Part shown: piece by piece, positions 13,556 through 31,134 of the stretch
Numbering within the stretch: position 1 is the stretch's first letter
How the letters are laid out: every line of letters begins with the position of its first letter
Assembly: GCF_009914755.1 (NCBI RefSeq)
Contig: NC_060928.1
Length of the DNA: 64,000 nt
Source of the DNA: the human T2T-CHM13v2.0 reference genome, Homo sapiens
Strand: one strand, 5' to 3'
The notes under the pieces: model-generated
Database searches by the model: none
What the model was told of the DNA's origin: nothing
Seen by the model: the letters and a program-made list of their open reading frames with translations, nothing else
Program-made: the position numbers and the translations under genes

Positions 13556-15616
13556 AAAACCCACAAAAACACTGAGTCAGTCTTGATCTGCACATGGAGG
13601 AATCTTGCAGGGTGGTTGGAATTAACGAGTGTGTGTGAGAACATTGTTCTCTGCAGTGGTCTTTATAGGGTCTTTAGACAATTCGTGGTCACTTTTCTGG
13701 ATCCCTTGCATTTTCTAGCTGCATTTTCCTCAACTGGGTTTGGGAAAAATTAGGTCTGGAGTTTGGGATGGGGAGCTGTTTTTACTTTACAGGTGAGGTA
13801 ACTCCATACGTGTTGAAGTTTTATAGGAGTATGAGTGGAACCAACCTCTGATTTTTGGCTCAGTACTGACCCTTGGACTGGAGAGTCCTGTTGTCAGCAA
13901 CAAGAACACAGTTTAATGAGAAGCAATTAAGAGTGCGGTCTCCAAACCATAGTCTTAATTTCAGATTCTTGCTTCTCCACTTACTGCCTACTAAACCTTA
14001 AGCAAGTAACTGGAATATCTCTCATAACATACCATAGGATTAATTAATGCTGTAGTTAAAAGAAAAACAACACCAGCTATGTAATTGTATAAAAGACTTA
14101 ATAAAATGTGGATGATTTAGGCTGGGAAGCCGTTAACTAACCATTCATCATAAAAGGGAGGAAGCAAGAGGACCCACTTGAGTAGGCTGGGACAAATTGC
14201 TGTGGTTCAGTTTTACTTTTTGCTTTTGTTTCTAATTGGAGCTGTTTTGAGACATCCTGATTGTCAGAGAGAATGTGGATTAGAGGGAGGAGGAGGAGCT
14301 CTGGAGTCAGGCAGCCCGAGTTCAGACTCCAGCAACCCCATTACTGGCTGCTTAACTGTGTTGTGCCTTATCTGCAGAAAAAATGAGTTAAAACACACAT
14401 AGTGAGCAGTGATAACTGTAGCTGTGATTATTTGAAAGGGGCCTTTTGAGCAGCTGCTTCTGCAAGAGGACATCCGGAGACACAGGAATAGAAATGATCC
14501 GATCAGAGTAATTAAAGGCTTTTAACTGAGCTCTGAGGTCCCAAACAGGGCACACTCCGTCAGCCTAAAGCTGTGAAGAAGAACCTTCAACATAAGGTGG
14601 GTGTTCTCTTTTAGGGTGGTGGAGAACTGTGTCATTAGGCTAGTACTGTAAGCAGTGGGGGGTTAGAGCTTAACTACGGTTGTGTTTGGGAGATAGCGCC
14701 AGATGTTGGGCTCCCTCCTGCCAGTAGATTACAGGGATTTCCTTTGCATTGGCTGGTGCTGCAGCCTTCCAGTATTGCAGGTTTCCAAGTGTTTGTAATG
14801 AATTTCTGGCCAGGGCGTCCATGTCTCTTGGTGCTGGCCAGGGTGTGTGCTGACGGCTGCACTGTTCCCAGCCCTCTGCCTGGATTTAGTCTTCAGTGTC
14901 GGAGCCCCCAAGTCTGTTTACAATCTTGTTACTCTTTCCAGCGAACTCTCCACCTTCTGTTTCACTGCGTATTTCCTGACGATGCAGTTTCATTTTGGAT
15001 GCAGACCTCTTGGAGCCCTTTGTCCCAGGGAAGTTAGATGTCCCTTGTGGCAAATACCCTCCTTCGGGAATAAACAGTCTCATTTGAGCCCCTGCTATGT
15101 ATGACACACTCCCCCAGGGCCCTTGTACAAACATGAGTTAGAAATGTATTGTCCCTGTATTTCACAGGCCCACAGACCAGTGATGGAGCAAGTATGTACC
15201 CAGATAATTTATCCGCATATGATTTGGTCCTGTTTGAAAGTGGCCATGGGAGAGGTGGGAATGGTGTATGTTGACACACAGGAGTCCAGGTGCCAGGCTT
15301 GGGGCGTGGGGAACCTTCATAGAGCGGGAAGCATTCGAGTTGGATATTGAGAATGAGTGGGGGCTGAAAGGTTTAGAATAGAGAGAATAGTTAAATTAGG
15401 TCATTAAAAATATGTGGAACACCTGCTGGGTGCCAGGTACTGCATGTGAAATCAGACGACGGTTGACTGCGCTCACTCTGCTGTGTTTTCTGTGCTACTC
15501 CCTAAAGCTCAGTAGATGTTTATTCACCAGGTGACTGCTGCCTTCCCCAAGCCACCTGGCAGTCACGTTTTACCTCTGAAATCATCTCAGTGAAGCTTTC
15601 CTGACAGCCCCTCTCT

Positions 15617-16035
15617 ATGAGTTTCCTAGAGCTGCTGTAACAAAGTGCCACAGACCAGGGGCTTAAACAACAGTAATGTGTCATCTCACAGTTCTGGAGG
15701 CTAGAAGTCTAAGATCAGGGTGTGGGCAGGGCTGGTTCCTCCCGAGGCTGTGAGGGAGAATGGGCCCCATCCTAGCTCGGTAGTCGGCAGTCCTTGGCGT
15801 TTCTTGGCTTGAGGAAGCACTGCGTCCACCTCTGCCTTCATCTACACTTAGTTCTCCCTGTGCGTGTCTCTTTGTCCGCATTTTCCGTTTTATAAGGACA
15901 TAAGTCATTTTGGATTAGGTCTGCCTTGTGGACCCCATCTTAACTAATTACATCTGTAGCGACCCTATTTCCAAATAAGGGCATATTCTGAGGAACTGGG
16001 GGTTAGGGCTTCAACATGTGAATTTTGGGGAGTGG
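15617..16035 (-). mobile_element. MLT1 (ERVL-MaLR) solo LTR
   Basis: gctgctgtaacaaagtgccacagaccaggggcttaaacaacag...ggggttagggcttcaacat. Confidence 0.85.
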
Positions 16036-16867
16036 ACACAGTCCAACTCATAATATCCTCTCTCAGTTCTTTCTACCTCCCACTCATGGACACTTTCCCC
16101 CTGCTGATATACTGTAAGTGGAGTTCTGTCATGCACTGAGAGAATTTTGTTTGTTATCTCCTGCTCTTCGTATTTTTCAGTCTCTGGTGCCTTGCATGTA
16201 AGGTGGAAGGTGTCTCCAGTGCAAATTTATTATGCGCCAGGAGTTAGTAGAAATAAGGGAAGATACTGCAGAGATCACCTCTCTTCTTGGTCTCCTATTG
16301 ACAATTCCAAAGGCTCTCTGGAGTCGGGTGCCAGGTGGCCAAGGACATTACCAGGGGATACCACTTTCATTATCTCCTTTTTCCCACGGAGCAGTAATTC
16401 ATTATTAGCTGACAATCAAAGAGCATTAGAAATCTGACAAGATCCTTTGGGTCCTCTAGCAGGCATTTTACACGGAGGCTTTCTTTAATGGCTCTCTTCT
16501 TCCTAGTTTCAGCCGTAAGTTTTCATGTTCCAGCTTTAGGGATTCAAAAGTAAATCATGTGAATGCTGGGAATAGTTACCCTTAGCAAAGATGTCTGTGC
16601 CAGAAGGGAGATGCCAATAAATAATTGAATCTGTCCAAAAGTTTCAGAATTCCCTCATTATATATTTGAGAGAAGCAAAAATTTGTCTGGTATCTGACCT
16701 GAGGTTTAGTTACACATTAATAAAGATGGATCATCCCAGGGCTGCAGTACTTCTGCTAAGAAAGAATATTCCAGCATAACCTTTGTTATTTCCGAGTCAG
16801 TAAATAATGTACTAGGTAGAGTGGTGTTTTCTGGGACATTAGAAAAGAGACGTTATTTGGACTAAAT

Positions 16868-17055
16868 AGTGCTGTTCAGTCAGGATTTTCTTCAATGCCA
16901 TTTAGCAAACCAACTGTCCTTAGTCTGTCCAGCTAGCAAGAATTTGTATAATGCAACAGAGAGTGCTGTTCAGTCAGGATTTTCTTCAATGCCATTTAGC
17001 AAACCAACTGTCCTTAGTCTGTCCAGCTAGCAAGAATTTGTATAATGCAACAGAG
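16868..17055. repeat. Exact tandem duplication, 2 x 94 bp
   Basis: 16868-16961 and 16962-17055 are identical base for base (agtgctgttcagtcagg...atgcaacagag). Confidence 0.97.
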
Positions 17056-17369
17056 TACTTTACAGTTTTCACACTTTAAATGTCACAGGAGGGGTTCTTC
17101 ACTAGGCTTCTGGAACCTAGTCTAGCAAAATTAGAGGAAAGGCCCTAAGGAGATTTATCTCTGTTAAGAGAAAAAGTTAACATTTTCAGGCTAAATAGTT
17201 GAATCTACTGAAGATAACAAATAATGTCTACTATTTCAACCCTCCAAAGATTGAAGAGTGTTAGGATTGTCATTTGTGTTTTTTTGTGGGGTAGTTGAAT
17301 AAAATTGGGCAGCTAAAATTTTCAGTTCCATGTGCCTCCTAAACAAAAAACAAAGTAAGTAGTTTGTGA

Positions 17370-17737
<368 letters not shown>

Positions 17738-19029
17738 AACAGATGACATTTTCTAACCAGGCACATGCCATCCAATTTACCTGTCGATCATACCATTGTA
17801 TAAAGCAGCAGAACTGAAGGGGAAATATGATTGTTAAACACACTGAATTGCTTTTATGTCATTTGAGATAGTTGGTGTAAGTGTCTTGACTTTTTATATT
17901 TGGAAACATTAAATAAAAACATAAATTTTTTAAAAAGGGATGTTAAGATAGCTGTTCATCCTGATCTTAGTAGTATCAGTCTGAAAAAGCATGCTGAAAT
18001 ATCTTCATCTGAAGGCCGGCAGAGACCAGCTCATGTAAGGTCTGGAGGTGCTTTCTTCTGAGAGCAAGAAGAATCACGGAGCGTTTCAAACACATACAAA
18101 ATAGACAGCACGGTGTGATGAGTCCTGCTCTAACCTTCATCCAGTGTCAGTGGTTAGCTCATGGCTAGTCTTATGTAACTTCATTTCCCCTTGCCCCCAT
18201 ATAAGTTTTAGGCACATTTCAGATGTCATTTTATCCAGAAACATTTCTGTATCTAATATAATCCTAGTAATACTACACCTAAAATGTAAAACTAATTTCT
18301 TAATACCATCAAAATCTAGCTAGTGTTCAAATTTCTAGTTGTCTCAAATGTCACTTTTAGATTTTTATTTTACAGTTTGTTTCAATCAGGATCCTACTAA
18401 GGTCCACATATTAGTTCTCAGATTTTAAGCAGAGGAGTGAGTGACATGATCTGACTTACATTAAAACTCTCTATGGCCAAGTTTTAGAGAATGGATTGTT
18501 GTGGGGGTTGTTAAGAGACTGGAAGTAGAGAAACCAATTAGGAGGCCGTTGAGTGTCCAGGAAGTGAGTGATGACAACTTGGATTTGAGTGACATCTGGG
18601 GGATGGGAGATGTGGAGGAAGCAGATGTCACTTGGGCAGGCCATACTTATTTGTCACGGTTCATCCAGATTTTTGTTTTCTGTTGTCTGTGTTTATTTGA
18701 AAATATTGTTCCCAAAGATTTCATTAATTTAGCTATCAATATATTGTTGATGGTGAAATCTTAAAATGTATTACATAAGTAAAATCAAAGCAACATTATA
18801 GAATATTGAGATAGAGAAACATTCATCCATACTTTAATCAACTTACTCAAATTTATTCCAGCTTATTTGCCATTATATCATTTTGCCAGTGTATAATTAT
18901 GGCATTACATAATAGAATAAGAAATATAGTTTGCCACTTAATATGTTTTATACTCTTTTATCTGTATTATGCTAAAGAGTCTCTGTAGTTACATGATATT
19001 GTATTGAGCAGATTTTAATGTTTATGTTA

Positions 19030-19757
19030 CATTTATTTATTTGAGTCAGGGTCTTGCTCTGTCACCCATGCTGGAGTGTAGTGGTGCCATCATGGCTCTC
19101 TGCAGCCTTGACCTCCCAGGTCGAGTGATCCTCTCTCCTCGGACTCCTGAGTAGCTGAGACTACAGGCGTGTGCCATCACTCCTGGCTAATTTTTTTGAT
19201 TTTTTTTGTTGAGATGCAGTCTTTACTATGTAAGCTAGACAGCTTGGAACTCCTGGGCTCAAGTGATCTTCCCACATCAGCTTCTCAAAGTGCTGGGATT
19301 ACAGGCATGAGCCACCACGCCTGACCTGTTCCTACTTTTAAAATTATTTTATTTTAAATTAGTTTAAATTTATTCTAAGATACTATGAAAAATGTTCCAG
19401 AAGTTAGTTTTTTGCATGTTTTTCCCTTTCTCTCTCTTTTTTTAACTTTTTGATTAAATAATATTATTATTATTTTTTAAGACGGAGTCTTACTCTGTTG
19501 TTCAGGCTGGAGTGCAGCGGCATGACTCAGCTCACTGCAAACTTTGCCTCCCAGGTTGAAGTAATTCTTGTGCCTCAGCCTCCTGAGTAGCTGAGATTAC
19601 AGGTGCGTGCCCCCACGCCCCGCTAATTTTTGCATTTTTATTAGAAACAGGGTGTCACCATGTTGCCCAGGCTGGTTTCAATCTCCTGAGCTCAGGCATC
19701 CACTTGCCTCGGCCTCCCAAAGTGCCAGGATTACAGACATGTGCCACTGTACCCAGC
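19030..19757 (-). mobile_element. Two antisense Alus (AluJ ~19030-19327, AluS ~19460-19757)
   Basis: Alu consensus. Confidence 0.88.
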
Positions 19758-20402
19758 AAATAATAACTTCTCTGTAGAGATTTTACTTGAAAACTAAGTT
19801 GATGAAACCTGCAGTCATAATTGATAAAAATGAAGGACAGGTTTGTACTGCAAAGTAGAATTATGCTTAATCTTGATTACTGGGCTCAGAATGTGTATAC
19901 TTTCATTTTGATTTACATTTATAGACTTCCTTATTGAAGGAATGGAGCATGTATATACCTGGCCTGCAGTGTTTATCTTATCCCATTCACACAGCAATTT
20001 GTAACTAGGGGAAAGTAATACCTGCCTTATCTTAAATATGATGGTTTTACAAAGATTCCTGTCTTTCACTGTCTTCTGGGAACCAGGAAATAGCTATAGT
20101 TACCTCTAAAATATACCCTCATATCCTTTTTTACCGATGAAAATGGCTTATAATTGGGACTCATAATGATTTTCTTTGGTCTTTTATTGTTTTTGAAACA
20201 CGAAGCAGAACATTTTTATTATTGGCTCAGAATGTTCAGCTTTAATTACATCTAATGAGGAAATATTGCCAGATAACTCTTATTGTTTTGTTCTTTGGTC
20301 ATTCTTTTGGAAGGTTTACAATAAATAGATTGGGTAACCAGAATAAATTAAACAATTTAAAGGATATAAATAGAGAAGAATAAGTTTCAGAGATTCCACT
20401 TA

Positions 20403-21092
<690 letters not shown>

Positions 21093-21254
21093 AATACTGC
21101 CACTTTAAGCATATTTTTATCTTATCTTTACATTTAGAACAGAAATATCAAATTGATCTTTTTCTTAAAAAAAAACACTAATTTCTTCAACTGATTCTTT
21201 GGTTATTGGTTCCACAATAAAAATATCTTTTTTGCATAATAAACTCTACTTTAT

Positions 21255-21410
21255 AGGCTTGTTATCCAAAGTGCGGTTCAAGTTCAGCAGCATTGGTATC
21301 ACTTGGGAATTGATGAGACATGCAGAATTTCAGGCCCCACTCCAGACCTAATGAATCTTAATTTGTGTATTAATTCAATTCCCAGGTGGTTCATATGCAC
21401 ATTTGAAAGC
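21255..21410. mobile_element. MER5A-like DNA transposon relic
   Basis: cagcagcattggtatcacttggga...gcagaatttcaggccccactccagacct. Confidence 0.7.
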
Positions 21411-21415
21411 TAACA

Positions 21416-21710
21416 GGGCGTGGTGGCTCATGCCTGTGATCCCAGCACTTTGGAAGGCCAAGGTGAGAGGATTGCTTGAGGCCAGGAGTTTGAGACCAGC
21501 CTCTGCAACTCAGGGATACCCCCATCTCTACAAAATTTTTAAAAAATTCGCCGGGCATGGCGGTGCACGCTGATAGTCCCAGCTGCTTGGGAGGCTTAGG
21601 TGGAAGGATCACTTGAGCCTGGGAGGTTGAGGTTGCAGTGAGCTGTGACTGGGCCACTGCCCTCCAGCCTCGGTGGCAGAACAAGACCCTGTTCCCCTCC
21701 CCCCGAGAAA
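21416..21710 (+). mobile_element. AluJ-type
   Basis: Alu consensus. Confidence 0.85.
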
Positions 21711-22362
21711 AGAATGTAATGTCAGTAGCCATATTCACAGAATTTTAAATTTGAGCCATCTTGGCATGTTAGGTTATTAACAAACTGAGCATCTTGACCT
21801 CAAATTGCTGGTACCTGCCATTGTTCTTTTAACCAGAAAGGAGCTGTTAGGGAGGAACATTTACCATTTTGTGAGTTATGTGTGAGTGGCTTCTCTTCTG
21901 TTGATCTGTTTGTGGGATCCTTTGCAAAACCACTGCTGGTACCTTATGGGAAAAAAAATCAGAAATCAAATTTCTTTTGGAATAAACTGTGCTGTTCTTA
22001 GCAGATCTTGTCTGTGTGGAACAAATCATGTCTGTAAAGAATCACGTGGTCAAAAGTTTAATATTTAGTTCTTTTTGGATTTGTCAGAGGACTTAATTGC
22101 TTTGTTAGATTGTTGTCTTGTTCTCCTCTTTGGAACAATGGCTAGGACAAAACACAGCATTGGTTAGTGGGAGGGTGGGAGGTGGTTGATCAGCCATGTG
22201 CCTCTGAGGCCACAAAGAAGCCTCACAGGTCATGGTTTCCACTGTCAGTTGGTCATTACATCCTCCTGTTGAAGATTGTGTTTACCAAGCTCATGTGCTC
22301 ATCATGAAACACTGTTAGACATTGATTTGAAAACAATAATTTCTTTTATTTTGATTCTGTAG

Positions 22363-22382
22363 GAACCTAGAAAGATTGTACA
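22363..22382 (+). other. ADD1: 5'-UTR part of the first coding exon
   Basis: Acceptor ttcttttattttgattctgtag ends at 22362. An in-frame TAG at -15 precedes the ATG, and there is an A at -3. Confidence 0.9.
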
Positions 22383-22577
22383 ATGAATGGTGATTCTCGT
22401 GCTGCGGTGGTGACCTCACCACCCCCGACCACAGCCCCTCACAAGGAGAGGTACTTCGACCGAGTAGATGAGAACAACCCAGAGTACTTGAGGGAGAGGA
22501 ACATGGCACCAGACCTTCGCCAGGACTTCAACATGATGGAGCAAAAGAAGAGGGTGTCCATGATTCTGCAAAGCCCT
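22383..22577 (+). CDS. ADD1: ADD1 exon 2, codons 1-65
   Basis: ATG at 22383; MNGDSR...MILQSP; donor CCT|gtgaga; 195 nt. Confidence 0.97.
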
Positions 22578-22886
22578 GTGAGAAGAGAAGTCTTTTCTCT
22601 GACCAGATGTCATCTTTCCTTTTCTAATACTTCAGGTCTTATGCCCTGTTGTATGAGTGGCATAGTTCATTGATCTTATCACAGGAAATCAGTGCCTTGA
22701 GTATACGTATATGGTTGTTGAAAGAATTCAGTTCAGTTCATGTTATCAGACATCATAAATGAAAAATCTTCAGTGTCGTAAAGGATAGGAAGTGTTAATT
22801 TCTCCTTTTTACTCTTGTGACTTTTCTAGAGGGTCCTTATATATTGGGGCAATTTTTAAATTACAATTAAAAAAATACCTAGCTTA

Positions 22887-23488
<602 letters not shown>

Positions 23489-23999
23489 CTAGCTCAGTCT
23501 CCTGGGTGTATGGTCAGCCTTAACAGTACCTGCTAATTGATTGATACCTTTAGTTAGAGTCAGCATTTTGAGCCACAGTCATGGCCAACTGAGTGTTTTC
23601 CAGATTGCACCTTTAATCAGGTCGTTGTATCTGCGTAGTTTTCTCATGTTGCTGCTGCTGCCTTTGTGTGTGCATCATCCTTTTTTGTCCCTTCTTCTTC
23701 TGATTTGTTCTTACTGTGCCCCTTCATACCAGGGGAGTGTCATTTGGCAGAAGTTTATTGATTTTCTTAAAAAAAACAAAAGATGTTGATTGTCTCTTAT
23801 GTGCTGTTTAAGGAACTGGGCATTTAGCAGTAAACTAGACATACAAGGCCTTTAGTAGATTTTGTTTAGTTGTTGTTACTGAGTTATAACTTACATAAAG
23901 TACACAAATCTTAAGTATATAGCTTGGTGAATTTTGACATAAATGTTGCTTCTGTAACTACCCAGATCAAGTCTTGGACTTTACATTCTAGTCGAAGGA

Positions 24000-25640
<1,641 letters not shown>

Positions 25641-25991
25641 TTAGGCTAGTGACAGCTGGCTGGAGCCAAACGTTAAGATCCAGATTGGTGGCTCCAGGCC
25701 CTCACTCAGGACTAAGCTCAGCTCTGTGCCACGTGTCCTTTCTGCACTTACAGGTCGTCTGAAATGCTCTTTATGCATAGGGCTCCTGTACTGTGGTTTT
25801 CTTCTTTTTGTGTCTTCCTTACCAAGCTTTAAGTTTCTGGATGGCAAGGACCATATTATTTATCAGTATGTATATCCTTAGTGTCTAAAACAGCGCCTGG
25901 TACTTAGTAGTGTGTGTCGAATTGAGCTTTCCCTAGATCTGTATGTGGATTTGAAAACCATTGAAATAGATCCTTTGAATTTTCAGACTGA

Positions 25992-26482
<491 letters not shown>

Positions 26483-26877
26483 TATCTTTATTTGCACATA
26501 TCTCCCTTTCTCTCTCATTGCATTGTGCTTTGATGACAAAGATGGCTAAATAATCACCATGTTTTGTTTTTTTCCTTTGTTTATTTCTTGCTTGCAGTCA
26601 GAGTACCTCTCAGCTTTTCCCTTCCTCACGGATGACTACAAAATATGATCTGCAACATTATTTGCCATGGTTTGGTAAATAGGGGGTCCTCAGAGGGCTC
26701 TTGACAGACATTCTATTCTACCCTTAATTAACAGCAATACATCTGTCTGTTGTGTGCTTCCCCCAAGTGATAGGTACTCTTAGACTGTCCCTTGGCAATC
26801 TCCTGCAATATGTTTTCAGCTCAAGCAGTGACAAACTAGAAGTAAATTTGATGTGGATTAACATCCAGTGAACTTAA

Positions 26878-27846
<969 letters not shown>

Positions 27847-28365
27847 AATGTATTTACTTTTAATCTTTTTCTATGTTTAGGTATGTATTTGCTGTAATAA
27901 GGACTGGTTATACTGCTTGATAACATTGTCACTCAAACATATATCAAGAGCAATTTTATGCCATTTAAGTTTTTTTAGCTTTTCATGTTGAATGCATGCG
28001 TAGAATTCCCAGTGTATTTGATCAGTCCTCTGTTGATTGAAACGTAGGATGTTTTTCCCTTTTATCAATAATACTGGAATGAACATACAAATGAATCAGT
28101 CTTTGAGCACTTCCTTGAATGTTTCCTTAAAATAGATTCCTAAGAGTAGAATTCCTGTTCAGAGTTTTAAGCTTTTATTGTATTAAATTACTTTCTAGAA
28201 AAGAATGTACCAGTTTATATTCTCAGCAGTAATGTGTGAGAATATCCGTTTGCCTTTCCAGCACTGGATGAAAACAAAAATTGGTCTATGTGATAGCTAC
28301 TTCTGACCCCCTGCCCAAGGAACAGAAAATAAATGGTATCTCAGTGTTTTAATATTTTTTATTAG

Positions 28366-28528
28366 GCTTTCTGTGAAGAATTGGAATCAATGATACAGGA
28401 GCAATTTAAGAAGGGGAAGAACCCCACAGGCCTATTGGCATTACAGCAGATTGCAGATTTTATGACCACGAATGTACCAAATGTCTACCCAGCAGCTCCG
28501 CAAGGAGGGATGGCTGCCTTAAACATGA
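28366..28528 (+). CDS. ADD1: ADD1 exon 3 ([32 protein letters not shown]...AALNM)
   Basis: ttttttattag|GCT...ATGA|gtgagt; 163 nt; in frame with exon 2. Not in the ORF track. Confidence 0.96.
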
Positions 28529-29322
28529 GTGAGTAGTTCCTGATTTTTAATATATGTTCTGTAGTTTTCAGGTAAAATTTCCTGAAGATTGCTCATGTGA
28601 AATAAGTGGGCATTTAACTGTATAACATAACAGAGTTGAGTATTTTGAAAATTAATGTGTTTTCGTTAGTCATAGTAAAAGATAGGCTGGAATTCTGAAA
28701 TCATCTTGAATGTTGCAGACTCCTCTTTTCTTAGCCAGTGAGACTTTATTTCCGAGGCAGATGACTTTTTATGTGTCTTCCCAGCCCCTATGTAGATTAA
28801 AATAAACTAATAGAAATAATGCTGTGGAGTAGCACATCAGTTTTGCCTGGCCAGCATTTCTTACCTAGCATTCTTCACTGCTGTGTCCCAACTAGTGAGA
28901 AAGAGAAATTCTAAAAGAAAAGCCAGAGGAAAAGTACTGGATGGGTGAATGTGAGCAAAGAATGGTCAGCTGTGCAAGAATGCAGCTTTGCCATGGCAAT
29001 TGAGTTTGCAAATGTTAACATGACAAAGCATCAACTAATCTGAGCCACTGCATATTGTACCTTGGATTAGTCTCTGATGGGTCTGGTTGGATAGTCAAAT
29101 CTGATTGCCCGAAATAAGGTACTGGTTTCTGTTAGATCTGCTGACATTTGCTATTTACCTGTCTGCTCTGTGGTATTCTTAGAAGTTGAATAGCATTCAA
29201 CAGATCTGATATATATTGTAATTAATGTCTACAGAATATTAAGAGTCACATTTAATCCATAGCTCAAACCTCCATCCTGAAATCACATGGCCACCACTAG
29301 GAAAGTTTTCATGTGGATTCCG

Positions 29323-30437
29323 TTTTTTTTTGTTGTTGTTGTTTTTGAGACGGCGTCTTGCTCTGTCTCCCAGGCTGGAGTGCAGTGGCATGATCTCAGC
29401 TCCCTGCAAACTACCACCTCCCAGGTTCAAGCTGTTCTCCTGCCTCAGCCTCCTGAATAGCTGAGATTACAGGCACACACCACCACACCTGGCTAATTTT
29501 TGTTATTTTTAGTAGAGACGGATTTCGCCATGTTGGCCATGCTGGTCTCAAACTCCTGACCACAAGTGATCCACTCGCCTCAGCCTCCCTAAGTGCTGGG
29601 ATTACGAACATGAGCCACCACACCTGGCCCATTTCGTCTGTATTAATTAGCAAGAATGTTCTGTCAGGAGAAACTTCCCTTCAGTTCTTTTGGTTACCTG
29701 GTGATACAGTTTGTGTAGGAAAGGCAGGATCCCTTTCCGAAATAATAAGTTGGTTTCCAATCATCCTTCAGTGATGAACAATTAGTTTTTTTTTTTTTTA
29801 GTATTATTTGAATTTATGATTTAAACATAGTCAGTGTGTTTCACATCATTGCAGTTATTATCCGGATTTGTTGAGAACTTTCCTTCTGAATGGATGTTGA
29901 ACTTTGTGAAATGCTTCTTTTCTTTCTGTTAAAATGATCCCTTAGTCTTTCTTCTTTAGTTTGTTATGGTGAATTATGTTTTTTTGTTTGTTTGTTTGTT
30001 TTGTGTATTTATTTATTTAGAGATAAGTTCTTGCTCTTTCACCCATGCTGGAGTACAGTGGCACGATCACAGCTCACTACAACCTTGAACTCCTAGGCTT
30101 AAGGGATCCTCCATGCCTTCCATGCCTGGCTAATTTTTCTCTTTTCTTTTTTTTTTTGAGATGGAGTCTTGCTCTGTCGCCTGGGCTGCAGTGCAGTGGC
30201 GTGATCTTGGCTCACTGTAAGCTCCGCCTCCTGGGTTCACGCCATTCTCCTGCCTCAGCCTCCCAAGTAGCTGGGAGTATAGGCGCCCACCACCACGTCT
30301 GGCTAATTTTTTGTATTTTTGGTATAGACAGGGTTTCACCTTGTTAGCCAGGATGGTCTCGATCTCCTGACCTTGTGATCCTCCCGCCTCGGCCTCCCAA
30401 AGTGCTGGGATTACAGGCGTGAGCCACCGCGCCCAGC
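29323..30437 (-). mobile_element. Antisense Alus (~29323-29629, partial ~29980-30135, AluY ~30140-30437)
   Basis: Alu consensus. Confidence 0.88.
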
Positions 30438-30811
30438 CCATATTGGTTGTTTCTATCTCCTTTCTTTTGTTAAGTCTGGCTAGAGGTTTATCTTATTTTA
30501 TTATTTGTATTTTATTTTTAAACTTCTCAGAGATTCAACTTTTGCTTTAATCAGAAAGCCTTAAAAACACTTTTCTTCTCTAATGTATACGTTTAATGCT
30601 GTAAATTTCCTTTTAAGCTTGCTTTACTGCACGCCACAAATTTGGCTATCTTTTTGTTATTGATTTCTAACTTAATTGTGTAAGTATTGGAAAACAGTCA
30701 TTATGAAATTGTCTTTGAAGTTTTCAAGACTTTATTGTCTAATGTGGAAGATAAATATCTCAGAACCATTAGTATTTGATTTACATTTGATAAGAAATGT
30801 TAATATTTGAG

Positions 30812-30958
30812 GCTTTTTGGTAAGTCTCGCTTTGTTGCCTTGGCTATTCACAGCTGCTATCATAAGCACTACAGCCTCAAACTCATGGCTTCAAGTGATC
30901 CTCCTGCCTTAGCCTTCTGAGTAACTAGGACTACAGGCGTATACCACTGCACCTGGCT
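30812..30958 (-). mobile_element. FAM-like (fossil Alu monomer, 7SL-derived) element next to the exon 4 acceptor
   Basis: ggctattcacagctgctatcataagcactacagcctc is a 7SL/FAM segment absent from dimeric Alus. Confidence 0.7.
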
Positions 30959-30982
30959 GAGTTTTGTTTTTCTTTATTTCAG

Positions 30983-31134
30983 GTCTTGGTATGGTGACTC
31001 CTGTGAACGATCTTAGAGGATCTGATTCTATTGCGTATGACAAAGGAGAGAAGTTATTACGGTGTAAATTGGCAGCGTTTTATAGACTAGCAGATCTCTT
31101 TGGGTGGTCTCAGCTTATCTACAATCATATCACA
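30983..31134 (+). CDS. ADD1: ADD1 exon 4 ([13 protein letters not shown]...YNHIT), start of the class II aldolase-like head
   Basis: tctttatttcag|GTC...ACA|gtgagt; 152 nt; restores phase 0. Confidence 0.96.

Noticed and set aside
16868-17055. CRISPR-like or VNTR interpretation of the repeat
   Set aside because: Only two abutting units with no spacers, in a human intron.
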